NCBI RefSeq assembly: GCF_036321535.1
Contig: NC_087437.1
Location: forward strand, 51,958,001-52,022,000
Direction: 5' to 3'
DNA: 64,000 nucleotides
Source: Camelus dromedarius
Lineage: Eukaryota
The notes beneath the pieces were generated by a model. That model saw only the letters and a program-made list of their open reading frames with translations, did no database searches and was not told where the DNA came from. Made by a program: the position numbers and the translations under genes. Below, piece after piece: positions 25,597-38,272 of this stretch; the stretch's first letter is position 1; the number at the start of each line of letters is the position of its first letter.

Positions 25597-26329
25597 CTAT
25601 TACTTGATAGTTTTACATTGGATTCATTTTTTAATTCTCTCTACCTTTGTATATATATTTTAAATTTTTATAATGAAAAGTTAAGAAAAATGACTAGTTA
25701 TCAGTTGTTGGCCTCATATATTTTGGGGATTTATACATTTTAACGTATTTAAGCCCCCCAGAAACTGCATGGTTTTCAAAGATGGGAAAACTTAATGTCA
25801 GAAGTTTGAAACTTGTTTACAATCATACCTTGTAGATGACAGCCAAAATTTGCAACCCAGATTGACCAGAAAGTAGGTTTCATTTCTAATTTGCTGGGCT
25901 ATGATGATCCTCCTATGCTATGCTGCTTTGTCTTCCTGTTTTCTCTTGTGTTTTACATTGATATTTATTTCAAAGAACTTGGAGGTACCATTTTCAATTA
26001 ACCCTATTCTTTGCCAGAAGCAGTGACTACTTGTCATCCAATAATAGTAGGCAGGTTACAACAGCTGTCCTTTAGATTTAGAACTTGACGCATTCCTCCC
26101 TTTCCCCATTACTTTGAAAAATAGAAAGACCATGTGTAAGCAGAGAATTACTTTTTGCACTTTCTCTTTTCTTCTACTTCCACTGACAGACTGGTATTTG
26201 ATTGGCATTTCCCCCCGACTCACTTATGGGATGAAACCGTGTTGACGTAAAATGTTGCCTCGTAATTCATATTCTTTAAAACTTGAGACTTCTAATGCAT
26301 GTAATTTTGCCTTTTTAATTTTTTTATAG

Positions 26330-26404
26330 GCTTTGGTTGGAGAGAAGGCTTGTTATCAATCCATCAGTAGCTATGGTGGTCAGATCTTTTATTTGGGGAC
26401 AAAA
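26330..26404 (+). CDS. VPS8: VPS8 exon K (75 nt): ALVGEKACYQSISSYGGQIFYLGTK
   Basis: tttttatag|GCTTTG...ACAAAA|gtaagt. Confidence 0.95.
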
Positions 26405-27102
26405 GTAAGTTCTTCCACTCTGACTTGGCATTTGTTTGTTTCAGGATAGATGGGGCTGGAGGAGGTTGCTGGTAAAGAGGGTGGTGCATTACAAAGTGAA
26501 TATTGATCAGCAGTAATCTAAAACTTTTAGGGTTTATATGGTCGTGATTTTTAACTAATTTATTTCCTCTCATTTTAGACATATTGTATTTTTACTTTTG
26601 TTTAGGTTCTGGTTTGTGGGATGTTTATTTTCTTTATTCAGAGGTATACTTTAATAATCGTCTTTCACATTTATGTTTTCATGACCAGAATATACCTTAT
26701 CATATTTATTTGTCATGTAATTAAGATGTCCTTTAGCTTACAGCAGCTTAGAGTATACTAAAATGCATTGAGACATTTGACTTCTTATAGGAACTTTTTG
26801 TGTTATCAATTTGTTCTTGGGAGTTTTTTTTTAACCTAACATGGAGAAATATGTTGGGAGATTGGACTTTCCTTGTTCCTTTTCTGTGGAATTAACTCCT
26901 TCTTAGACTTAATTTACTTTTTACATGTTTGATTTACTCTTTAATGTGGGCCCTTGAAGACCCTTTAGTAAATGCTTCTAACTGTAGTATGAAATATTTT
27001 TACTTAAAGAGATGTAAAATAGGTGTGGGACTGAGACATACATGTCTCTCAAATGAGTTCGTTAAAGATGATCATTTTAATTTCCTTCTCTTTATTTTCC
27101 AG

Positions 27103-27138
27103 TCTGTTTATGTGATGATGCTGAGGAGCTGGAGAGAG
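27103..27138 (+). CDS. VPS8: VPS8 exon L (36 nt): SVYVMMLRSWRE
   Basis: ttattttccag|TCTGTT...AGAGAG|gtgagt. Confidence 0.95.
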
Positions 27139-27244
27139 GTGAGTTCAAAGTAATTTTATTATATGTTAGCACTATCGAATTGAGAGCATCTTAACAGTTT
27201 TGTTTTGACTTTGCAGAAAAAGATTATTTGGATTTGTGCTTTTT

Positions 27245-27405
27245 AATTTTTAATTTTTTTACTTTTTAAAATTTTTTGGATGGAGGTAGGTAATTAAATT
27301 TATTTGTTTATTTATATTTGTTTTTTAATGGAGGTCCTGGGGATTGAACCCAGGACCTTGTGTATGCTAAGCATGTGCTCTACCACTGAGCTATACCCAC
27401 TCCCC
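27245..27405 (-). mobile_element. tRNA-derived SINE, Vic-1-like, with TSD
   Basis: Reverse complement ggggagtgggtatagctcagtggtag...gggttcaatcccc; exact TSD tggatttgtgcttttt(a) at 27229-27245 and 27406-27422. Confidence 0.9.
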
Positions 27406-27483
27406 TGGATTTGTGCTTTTTAGTTTCAAAAGTGTACATCAAAACCATTATAACTCTTATGTATTTGATTTGATAGAACTGAC

Positions 27484-27965
27484 TGTAAGTCAGCATTAGG
27501 CCTGGCTATGTATATCAGAAAATTCAAAATAACAGTGGTGTGAAGAAGATTTCTCTCTTATGTAAAAGCAGTGTGGAGGTAGGCAGTCTGTGGCTAGTGT
27601 GGCAGCTCCGTGGTCTTTGGCATACTACACTTTTCTACCATCCTTATGTGTGGATTCTAGTCTCAAGGTCATTTTATGTTCCAGCATGACTGCTGGAGCT
27701 CCAGCTGTTAAGTTTACATTCCAGGAAGGAGGAAAGAGAAGGACTGGCCCTGTCCTTTTAGGGTGACATCCCAGAAATACCAAATAACACTTCCACTTAC
27801 CTATTGTTGGCCAGAACTTAGTCACATGGCCCAAAGTGGCTGCAGGGGAGTCTTAGAAATGTCCTTTAACTGGTATATTGCTGTCTCATGTAAACTTGAG
27901 ATTTGTTACTAAGGAGGAAGGAGCAACTAGACGTTATGATTAAACACCTAGCCATTTCTGCTACA
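27484..27965 (-). mobile_element. MLT1-type (ERVL-MaLR) solo LTR
   Basis: TG...CA ends; 5-bp TSD ctgac/gtgac; ttggccagaacttagtcacatggcc motif. Confidence 0.75.
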
Positions 27966-28205
27966 GTGACATTCCAGCTGTTTCCTCTTTTCATTTTTAG
28001 GTCTTGTGACTGCTTATACTAGCCTTTACAATCACTGTACTGTCCAGTGCTTTACGAAATTATTTTTGGGAATAAGATATTCACATGGTTTTGGAATAAT
28101 TTTAGCTACTAAGCAGCAACTTCTGGAAAGATTAGGTAGAATAGGAATTCTGACCGGTGGTTGGTCAGACAAAGGAGTCTGGCTTCTCTCATTCATTCAT
28201 TTTAG

Positions 28206-28296
28206 AGAGTGGATCACCTCCTGAAACAAGATTGTCTCACGGAAGCCTTGGCTCTCGCATGGTCTTTTCATGAAGGAAAAGCAAAAGCAGTAGTGG
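28206..28296 (+). CDS. VPS8: VPS8 exon M (91 nt): RVDHLLKQDCLTEALALAWSFHEGKAKAVV(G)
   Basis: cattttag|AGAGTG...GTAGTGG|gtaagt; phase 1 out. Confidence 0.95.
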
Positions 28297-28724
28297 GTAA
28301 GTTAATGGAACACCACTGTAGCAGATGTTATTTTCTGGAGCAGAGACAATGGATAATGCTAATCACTTACAGAACTCACTCACCAAAGTGTTAATAAGTG
28401 TTTTGTAACTAAGATGTTATCAAACCTTGCAGACTTTTAGTGAAAAAGATTAATGACATGTACAGGATATAGAATTTTAAAGGACACTGTAAAAATTCAA
28501 TTCATAAGTAAAATTTACTATTAGAACAAAAGGGAAGTATACTGATATGCTGTCTGGTCTGCTAGATGGGAGGTCTATTATGGCATATTAGCCAACATTT
28601 TGATACCTAAGGATTGTTAGGATTGTATCTATTGTTAGCATAGGTTATAAGTAGAAGACCAGAACAATTTCAGTCCTGAAGATGTGGTTTAACTGGTTTT
28701 ATGCCGGATTTTGCTTCTCTGCAG

Positions 28725-28771
28725 GATTGTCAGGGGATGCCGGTAAGAGAAAGGCTGTTGTTGCAGATCGG
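28725..28771 (+). CDS. VPS8: VPS8 exon N (47 nt): (G)LSGDAGKRKAVVADR
   Basis: cttctctgcag|GATTG...GATCGG|gtaagt. Confidence 0.94.
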
Positions 28772-29723
28772 GTAAGTATTTTAATAGGGTCTTTACTAGG
28801 CTACAGTACACATTTGCTTTGGGTATTTGCTAATAATATTTGGGTATGATTAGGTAAATGTCTGCAGTCAAGGAGAGACTAAAAAAGCAAATCAGATTAT
28901 AATTCCCTCTTGTTATCTTGAGTACTTTTAAAATTTCTTCTTATCACCTTTTCTTTTTTCCCTTGCTCACTCTCTTATGAAGGTAAATAGTAAAATACCA
29001 AAAGACAGAAGGAGGGGGAAAATCCAGGGATCTGGATAATTTCTGAACCTAGTGATAGCTCACTGAAAATTGACATTTGTTAGTCTTTATGAACCGATTA
29101 GTAATTATGAGAAATACTGTATGTGCAAGTATTCATGTTGCCTGAGGTAGCAGAGGGGGCTGATGTTTATTATTATTATTAATTAGCATTAATATGGTTA
29201 ATGTTAATATTTAACATTAGCTTTGTTTTCCTACTCTAAATTTGGTTGAATTCATTTACTGTAGTCATTCCTTCTCCTTTTTATTGTACAAATGCATTGG
29301 TGAACATTAGATTCCAAATTAGTATAAACATTTGGAAAACATGCACAGAAATCAGTCATTCCTTAGACTCATAAATGATTTTCTCAGTAACTGGTAAAAA
29401 GAATTGGCTATCTGGGAAGGACCTATGCAGAGGATCACTAAAGAGCTAAACCTCATCTTTTTTTTTTCCTGAGCAATATGTGTATTAATGAGGTCTGGAA
29501 CCTGGGGGTATTTATTAGGAAAGATTAGCAAATTGGTACCAGCCCTAAGGCTGAAAGAAATTAGACTAGGTTAAAAAAAATTGGGACATAAAGCTACTAA
29601 ATTTTTTCATTATATTTTTAATACAATAACAAAGCATTATTAGTTAAGAGAATCTAATATATTAAGTATTGAAAAACATTAGAGATATGTTTTAATTTCT
29701 ACACAAGGCTGTTTTCCTTACAG

Positions 29724-29813
29724 ATGGTAGAAATCCTATTCCATTATGCAGATCGAGCTCTGAAAAAGTGCCCAGACCAGGGGAAAATCCAAGTGATGGA
29801 GCAGCATTTTCAG
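29724..29813 (+). CDS. VPS8: VPS8 exon O (90 nt): MVEILFHYADRALKKCPDQGKIQVMEQHFQ
   Basis: ttccttacag|ATGGTA...TTTCAG|gtacat. Confidence 0.95.
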
Positions 29814-30469
29814 GTACATCTTTGCAAGTGCTTCTAGTAGACTTTGCCATGAATAGGTCTCGTACTGCTCTTTGATATTACTTGATAATGGGACTTTCAT
29901 GTTTTACTTAACATTTTTCAGTATTCAAAGCTTTATTACAGAGTTTGTGGAGCATTCTGAATGATTAAATTTTGAAGTAACAGGTGTACAGACACATGGG
30001 AGCAGATGAGTACAATGTTGTGGAGTGTTAGTGCTTAGGTACCTGGTGCTTCATGGAAGGAGAGAGGGTCTGTACAAGGGTACTTACTTGTGAATTGACA
30101 CCTCACAGTGGCTGACACCTTGCTGATGACTGACACTTATGTTAACTAGGCTAGTTGGAAAAGAAGTGTACTGCCAACGTTTAAATTTAGTTCTAGGAGC
30201 ACCTGTGACTCAAGAATAGATCAGTTACAAAAAATAAATATGATCTCTTGAATATACTAATGAAAAACCTTTAGTTTCTCTTGAAACTCAGTGAAAATGG
30301 AAGACCAGGAATGCTTTAAAGACTTGCACAGTGTTTATTATGTGAGTTTTACTGTTTGCAGTGATCTCCAAATATATTTGTTGCAGATTTCTGTTTCTTC
30401 TTCCCCATTCAGAGAGCTTCTTCCCCACCCCCTGCCTCCTCTTTTTAACAGATATTTGAGGGTCTAATA

Positions 30470-30683
30470 CAGAGGTCAGCAAACATTTTCTAAAAAGACC
30501 CAGATAGTAAAATACAGGCTTTGTGGGGCACATTTGGTCTCTGTCACATATTCTTCTTTATGATTTTTAAAAATTTGTTTGTTTTTAAACAACCCTTTGA
30601 AAATGTAAAAACCATTCTTAGTTGTGAGCCATTCAGGCTGTGGGCAGGACTTGGCCCTTGGGCCAAATTGTGTCTAACTCTTG
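30470..30683. mobile_element. MER58C-like hAT-Charlie MITE
   Basis: cagaggtcagcaaac start; aaatgtaaaaaccattcttag core; 8-bp TSD gtctaata / gtctgata. Confidence 0.8.
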
Positions 30684-32094
30684 GTCTGATACGTACTAGG
30701 CACTAGGCAATAGTGTGTAAAACGTATGTGGTCCTTGCTATCTTAAAGTTGAGAGTCTACCCAAAATAACTTTTCTTGTGTATATTAATGGAAGTATTGA
30801 GGAGAAATAAAGGGTTTTGAAGTTTTGTGGAGTAGGCACAGCTCATATCTTTTTATATCTCCATTTGTTGCTCTTAACTTTGGAAGACAAGGGTAGATGT
30901 GGCAATTAACAATTGGAAAGTCTCAGAGCAGAATTTGGTTTCTTGAACTGCACTCCTTAATGCCACAGTAGTGGACTTCTGGGAGGATTAACTTTCATTG
31001 CCTTTTGGCTGGAAGCTCATTAAATTTCTCAGTAAAGAAGAAGGAACCTATATAAAGTTATAAAAATAGATAACTTAGGAGGAAAACATGGCAGAAAGAA
31101 AGCATTTGGAGACAAAACTGTGTGGGAACAGTACCTTGTATAAAAATGATTTTGTGTACCAATGCAGTATATATAGAAAAGAAAATTTAGTATTTTAACA
31201 AGAGGCTACCTATTGCCAAGCAGTAGGATGGTATTCGTGTAAAAACTCTTGTGTTGGGAGGTATACTTTGTAGAAAAAAAATACCCAATAGGGAATGCTA
31301 GGAGGGGCTAAGGGGGCGTGTGTGCGTGCAGGCGCGTGATATGGAAACCACTGTGCTGGCAAAGAACATGGCAGAGAACTATAAAAGAAGAAAGGAACAA
31401 AAGTGATATTCTGATGGAGAAATATGAAAAAAATTTCAGCACGACAGAGTAGATGATGGCTTCGAAAGCAGATGTCATAAAGTTTACTGAGAAACAAACT
31501 GTAGTAATGTGTTCCTTAATCATCTAGATATTTGTTGGAAGTTTCACTTTGCTGAACGAGTATCTAATAACTTTTTATTTATTAATGATTTAATCTCATT
31601 GGAGGTAAAGGAAACAATGGTGGGAACTGTTACTATGGATTTACTTTGTAACCAGTGATTAGGGAAGTAGAAGGGATAGACTCTTGATAGAAAAATTATT
31701 TTATTTTAAAGACTAATAATGAAAAATACACTCAGTATGAATCCTGTATTTTAGAAAGCAGATATTTCAGAAAAAAATATAGGCAAACATTCATGGTTAT
31801 AGCCTCCAAAATACTAATGGGCTCACAAAGAAGAAATTCTTTAATTTTGATGTTATAACCAAAAACAATTCAAAGAGACAGGAAATGGGGAAGAATATTG
31901 AGAGAAGTATCTGTCTACAAAACACAGAACAGCTACCAAAGATGGAGAGAGAGATAAACAAAGGTATTTGCCAAAGCCATCAAGAATCTATAAGACTATC
32001 ACAAAGGAGGCTAGTTAGGTCCAGAATGTGCTTCCCAAAATGCTAAGGGTACAAAAAAGGGATTTTGACAAAGATTCACTAGATATATATATAC

Positions 32095-32330
32095 TACATG
32101 CCAAGTACTGTGTAAAGGGTATGATGTTCATTTTTGTTTAACTCTCAGAGCAACACCAGGAGGTAGATACTGTTTTTATCCCCATTTTTTTAGATGAGGA
32201 AATTTAGGCTGAGAGAAGTTAAAGTGACTTTCCACGGTAATACTGCTGATAAAAGGTGGGGCCAGAACTCCAATCCACGTTTTTCTGACTTCAGAGTCCA
32301 GCTCTTAACTAACCATTGCACTATACTATT
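32095..32330 (-). mobile_element. MIR SINE
   Basis: tatccccattttttagatgaggaaatttaggctgagagaagttaaagtgact core. Confidence 0.8.
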
Positions 32331-32419
32331 ATTTTCAAAGCAAGTGCAGGAAAATGATGAGTGAGAAGGGGTGATGATAATTGGTGATCAAGAACGATAA
32401 TTAGAGCAAACTTCTGAAC

Positions 32420-32650
32420 TGTTTGATGCCTACCATGTGGCAGGTGCTGTTACAAACCCTTTACACGTATTAACTCATTTACTTTTTATAACACTCTCAG
32501 ATAGGTACTGTCATTATTCACATTTATAAATGAGAGTGAGGCACAGAGAGATTAAACAGCCTGTTGCAGTTCATGTAGCTAGTGAACAATGTGGCTGGAT
32601 TAGAATCCAGGCAATTGGGCTTCAGAGCGCACATCTGGACTGCCACACTC
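32420..32650 (-). mobile_element. MIR SINE
   Basis: tgcctaccatgtggcagg...gaggcacagagagattaa...gaatccaggca. Confidence 0.8.
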
Positions 32651-35259
32651 TGTTATAGAGCAATGCTTCTTATTCTGCCTTCATTTTCATGAGCACACAG
32701 AATGGTCTTTAAAATGGAAAAGTCCAGATAAATGTATTAAAGAAAAAAGCTGAAGTCCGGCATGTATTTCATGTTCTGTATTAACAACCAGTAACAAGTA
32801 TAGTTCAAGCGAAAAGAATGGTTTTTTTCTAAAGAATGGATTTTTGATTTGTCAGTTGATAAAATGAGTCTTACTTTTGTAAGTCCCCACTCCAATGTCA
32901 AGCATTTCTGTTACTGAAAGGTTAAGACAAAAATGACAAAAGAATCAGGAGTAGCACCAGGTCAGAATTAATTTGATTAGGTAAGGGATAATTTACTTGA
33001 ACAGCCTTTATACTTAAAGGTAAATAATTTAATTTCTGTCTGTATAGTTAGCATTGGATCTTCTTGAATAATCAAGTATTTTAAGTTGTAGGATCATAAA
33101 AACAAAGTTCAAATTTCCATAGTACAACACAAATACCTATAATTTTCAGAAGAGGTTTTATTCTATAATGAAAATAGAAGATTCAAATTATTTTAAAAAG
33201 TTAGTAAAGGCAATACCCAACTTTTCAAAAAAGATTTAGGTTGGGTGCTTTTGTGAGAATTTCTCATACAAATATATGATTTAATTTGATCTGATTTGAT
33301 CTGAGATGACATACTGTAGAATCAGTCACGCAAAAAACGTTGTTACTGAGTTAAAAACTTTCTTTTATTTCATTACATTATGATTGTTCAAATCTCAAGA
33401 CTCAGTGGAATTATAACCCAGAATACCATCTGAATGTTCTGAGCTATCATTAGTAACTTGTAAGTAACTTCGGATCAATTTTCAAATAAGGCACACTCAA
33501 TTAAGCATGGATGCCTGAGCAGAGGAGACAATTTACTTCACTCAGGAGAACTATTTTCTTTTAGAAAAGGTGGTCTTTTAGCTCATCAGGATGAGTGAAA
33601 TACATGCCCAAGTGGCCACAAATCTGCTCTTTTAAGTGTTTAATCTTAAATATTTCATTATAAAATAATCATAAAATAGTTCAATAGGTTAACTCTTAAG
33701 TGTAATTTTTTAAAAGAAGAGTGGACTTAGGAAACTATCCACTGATAACCCCAGTGTGGTTTGTGAACATTTTCCATGAGTTCACCTAAAAAAAACCTTG
33801 TTAAACTCACATACTGTTATTTTGAAAGGAATGTGAGGACAGTCTGTTCATGGAATGCTTATTTCATAACCTCTTGATTTCATTAAAGCATTTGTCTGTT
33901 TTCCATTATCCTCAGTGCTGAAATAGATTAGTAAATAATAGTAAATAGATATGCAGCTAGGTGAACATCCCTACCCAAAAAGTATTCTTTGGTGGCTTAG
34001 TATTAATTGCTTTTTAGGGCTGTTTCATCCAAATTTCTATCATTTGGATGAAGATTTATTGAGTGGCTTGTTGAATTTAGATGGCACGAAGAATCAAGGT
34101 CCAAAATGATCTTGATGAAGTGCAGTCAAAATTGTTACAAGATGAAATTTAACAAGGATAAACATCAAGACTTGCACTAGATTCAAATAATTATAAGTTA
34201 CATGAGTACTGGACTGGGAAAATCTAGGTGGACAGGATTTTAGTTCACCCTAACCTTAGTATGAGCCAATAGTGTGTTAAGACCCAGAAAAGGAAAATGA
34301 TAGTACCACTGGGCTACCAGTTGAAAATAAAAACTCTAAGAAGATACTTTATGGACTGTTGACAGACTGACGTGTATCCCACAACTGGGATGGTGGGAGG
34401 TTTTAAAAACAATAGTTAAAAAAAAAAAACAAAAAAAAAAACTAGGGCTTTTTGTCTGAGAAGAACGTAAGTAGATGGATGCCTGTCTTCAGATGGTGAA
34501 GGACTGTGCTGTAGGGATTTACTGTATTGCAGTAGAGGGAAGGCTAGTATAAGTGGTAGAAATCAGGAGAAGATCTGTTTCAATTTAAAATGACCTAGTG
34601 ATTATGTAACAAACCTTGGACTTATGTGCCTCCTACTATTGAATATATTGAAGTAAAGGGATGGTGACCAACTAACCAGGAGTATTTTGAAAAGACTTTC
34701 TTTTGCTGGATGGGAACATCTGAGATTCTGTTTCATTATCAAGAAACTTTCATTGGAAACAGGAAATCTCTGATCCAATTATTTGAAATTCCATTAAGAC
34801 TGGTTTCTAGCTCAGTCAAAATACTGAGCATTTATATTTTACCAGCAGGTGGCACTCATGCCTGCTGCCTCAATTTCAATCTTTACCTTTGAGGAGGAGC
34901 CTTACCTTTTCAGAATATGTAATGCCATTCAGTATTTCTGCTTTTCTCCAAAGATCAATCAATATTTTGCCCTATCTTAACTATAGGAAATAACTTTTGC
35001 CTATTGTGATGTTTTTGATAGGCTGTGGCTTTTGTTTATATAAGAAAAGATTTGAACCTATTATAATCTATTTGTGTAACTACTGGATTAAAAGGAATTA
35101 AAGTGGTCGCTGTTTCATACATCTTGAACCACATCTTTTCTTCTGGCCAAGTCTTTCCTTTCCCCACAACAAAGTCAGACAGCAAACAAATTTCTTCTTT
35201 GCCCCATACCATCTCCCATAGCCTTATGCCTTTTGTTCATACATTCTTAGCAGAGCCAC

Positions 35260-36640
35260 ACATCATATGAGTTCTCTCCATTTCCTTACCTCCCTCTCAT
35301 TTCATGTCTGTGAATTCTGTGGACTCTTTTATTCCTCATCTTGTTGGTCCTCAGTAGCATTCAACATAGTTAACAACTTCTTGAAATAGTCTGTCCCTCT
35401 GGCATCTCTGGTATCATGCATTCCAGGTTTTTTCTTAACTCTCTTGCTACTTAATGTCTTTCTTTGTTTATTCTTCTTCCTCTTCTTTTACTTAACCAGT
35501 AAATGTTAGAATTCTTCATAATACTGTTACCTTTTATTTCTGTATCAGTGTTTCTCAAGATGCTGTCTGTTACTTGAGAGTATTTGTTTAAAAAATGCTT
35601 TTTCTTGAGTTATTTCCCTGGACTGCTGAATCAGGCTCTCTGGGACTGGTGACTAGGATTTATAATAAGCCCCTGAGCTGATTCTTAAGCATCTTAAAGT
35701 TTAAGAGTCATTGCTTTATCTTCTCTCCCTAGATGACATAGACAAATGACTGTCTTAACCACTGCCTCCAACCTAGACTTCCAAGATCCATATAGTTTAG
35801 TTGCCCCTTTACATCTTCACTTGGATGTTTTATAGGTATCTCACACTCATGAATATTCCCTCACAAAGCCCCTTCTGATGATCCCTATTTTAGTGAATGG
35901 ATCTATCATCCACCTAAAGCAAGTTGAGTGATTCTTGTTTTTCATTTGTTCCTGTCTACTCTGCCTCTTAATAGTTTCTCTAATCTCTCTGCATCATGCC
36001 ATCTATTCTGCCACTATTCTGGTCTACATCACTATCATTTTCTCTTGCTGTATTACTGTGGCTTCCTCATTGATCTTCCTGTACATATTATTACACTTCA
36101 TTCCATTTTCCACGCAGTATCCATAGCAAATATATATCAAATCTATACATGAGATTCTCCTGGTTTAAGTCTTTTAAGAACTTCCCATTGTCCTAAAGTA
36201 AAGACTAAATTCCCTAGCAGTTTCTAAGGCTCTGCATGATATACCCCTCCCTGTCTCCCCCTAATTCTCTGTATCCCTACCATACTATAGAGTTCTTTTC
36301 AATTTCTTGATATCTCCATTCTTTCTTGACTCAGAACTTTTGCCCATGGTGTTCTCTTTGCATGAAAAATTCTCCCCCCCCCCTTTTTTTTTAGCTCCTG
36401 TTTATTTTCTGGTGCCAGCTTAAATGTTACTTACTCTGACTTTCAGGTTAAGTCAGATCCATTTTTTGGTAAAATCCTGTGCACTTAAATTACTCATTCA
36501 GTGTCAGTCTTCTCCAGCTAGACTTTGTAAGTCTGGGGACTTGTATGAGTTCAGAGACCATGTTTGATTTTTTTCACCACTGTATTCCCAGCATCTGGTT
36601 TAGTGCCCTAATTTTTATAAGTATTTGTTGAGGGAATTTT
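35260..36640 (+). mobile_element. L2 LINE fragment with a nested MER5-like element (35546-35713)
   Basis: Pyrimidine-rich L2 body ending ctagactttgtaag...gtattccccagcatct...tatttgttga; nested cagtgtttctcaa...ttaagagtcattg TIRs. Confidence 0.7.
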
Positions 36641-36759
36641 TTAAAATACACAAATTTATGTTATATACAATATTTGTCTTGGGGAGTATCTTTTAAATCT
36701 AACTCTGGGAGGTTTGAACTGAGAATAGAACTTAGCATTTGCCACACAGATGTCTGTAA

Positions 36760-36990
36760 TCATGGCTAATATTGTGTGCTTTGTGCCTGGCAAGTATCTG
36801 ACTTAATCTTTATAACATACTTGAGGAATAGTTATTATTTATCCCTATTTAAAGATGTTTAGAAGTATAAACAGACACAGAGAGAGGTAGAGTAACTTGT
36901 CTAGTATCATATGACCAGTAAGTAGAATCACAATAGGCACCCAGCCTCTTGACTCGGGAGCCTCGACCCTATATCTGCATTCCTCAGTTT
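36760..36990 (-). mobile_element. MIR SINE
   Basis: atccctatttaaagatg...gacacagagagaggtagagtaacttgtc. Confidence 0.65.
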
Positions 36991-38272
36991 ATTCTTTGAT
37001 AATCTCAGACCAGTGTGTTGTCAGGTAGCTCTCTTTGAAATAGAGAAGACCAAGTAATGTATAAGTTTTAGGAGTATATTGAAATGTATAAAAAAGTGAA
37101 AATACAAAGGAATTAATTTTAGGAGAATCATGGTAATCATATCTGAATGATTGTGGGCTTTTATTCCTCATCTTGTGGGTCCTCAATAGTAGTCAGCACA
37201 GGTAACAGTCTGTCCCTTTAGCTCTTCTGGTATCAGAGTTCTCTGCCAACAGTGTTCTCCAACTCAAAAGCTGATCGATGAACTATGGAAGCATTTTCAT
37301 GTATTTTGGATTATTTTATCTTGGTTCACTCATGTTTATGAAGAAAGATAGAGATGTAAATAAACATAAGGTATTTTAATAGTATGAATCAAGCTAAAAG
37401 GATTTGAAAATAAATAATTTTAAAAGATCTTAGAAGCAAAGCCTTACAGTGACCATTACCAAGCTCCCTTTCCAGCTTCCTTTTACATTTCTGTGAGAAG
37501 CAGATTGTTCAAGGCCATCTTTATAGCAGCTGTTGGCATATGTTTTTGTAATAAGATTTCATGCTAAAGAGTGGACAGAGACTGAACATAGAGTGAGGCA
37601 ATAGGCTCTTTCCTTGTGTAACTCATGCTTCCCTGAGATGATCTGAAGAAGGGAAAACAGTGTCAGTGTCCAGCACTTATCCTTGAGGCTTGTTTAAAAT
37701 GCTGGTTCTGGGGAGTCAGATTTTTCCTGGAAAGTTATTTTGTTATCATCATATCTGAAAAGAAAAAAAAAAATACACATACTGAGAGAGATATGTAGTT
37801 ATGTAACTGCTCATGGTGTTTGTATAGTCATACTAGAATACCAGCTGTTTAGCTCTGGGAGCCTGCAGAGATCTGTGTGTATATCTGAGATATATACTAC
37901 CTGAGATGTGTGTGTGCTCAGGTATGTTTATCTACTTTCATATATATGTGTATATATATATACACATATGCTTTGTTGAAATTTTGAATCATTATCAAAC
38001 AATGCAGTTTTCATTGCCTGGCTGACTTTTAGAATATAAATTATGAGAATTAATGCCATTGCTCCAGAAAACAAGGGAATCTGTATCTGCTGTCTCATTT
38101 CTTTTCACATCATCCTTATGAAATAGGGAAAGCCAGAGATTGTATCTTCAGTTGGCAGATGGTAAGACAGTCACAATGCAATAAAATGATCTCTTCAGTC
38201 ACTCAAACAATTGACAGGCTTAAATTTAAGTTTTCAGTCAGCCCAGTGTTTTATTCACATATCCACATTGCC

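Larger units (their letters stand above)
31600..34720 (+). mobile_element. Fragmented L3/CR1 LINE fossil (approximate ends)
   Basis: aaaatgctaagggtacaaaaaaggg; gatttcattaaagcatttg (DFxKAF-like RT motif); gatgaaatttaacaaggataaacatcaagacttgcact match recalled L3 ORF2. Confidence 0.6.
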
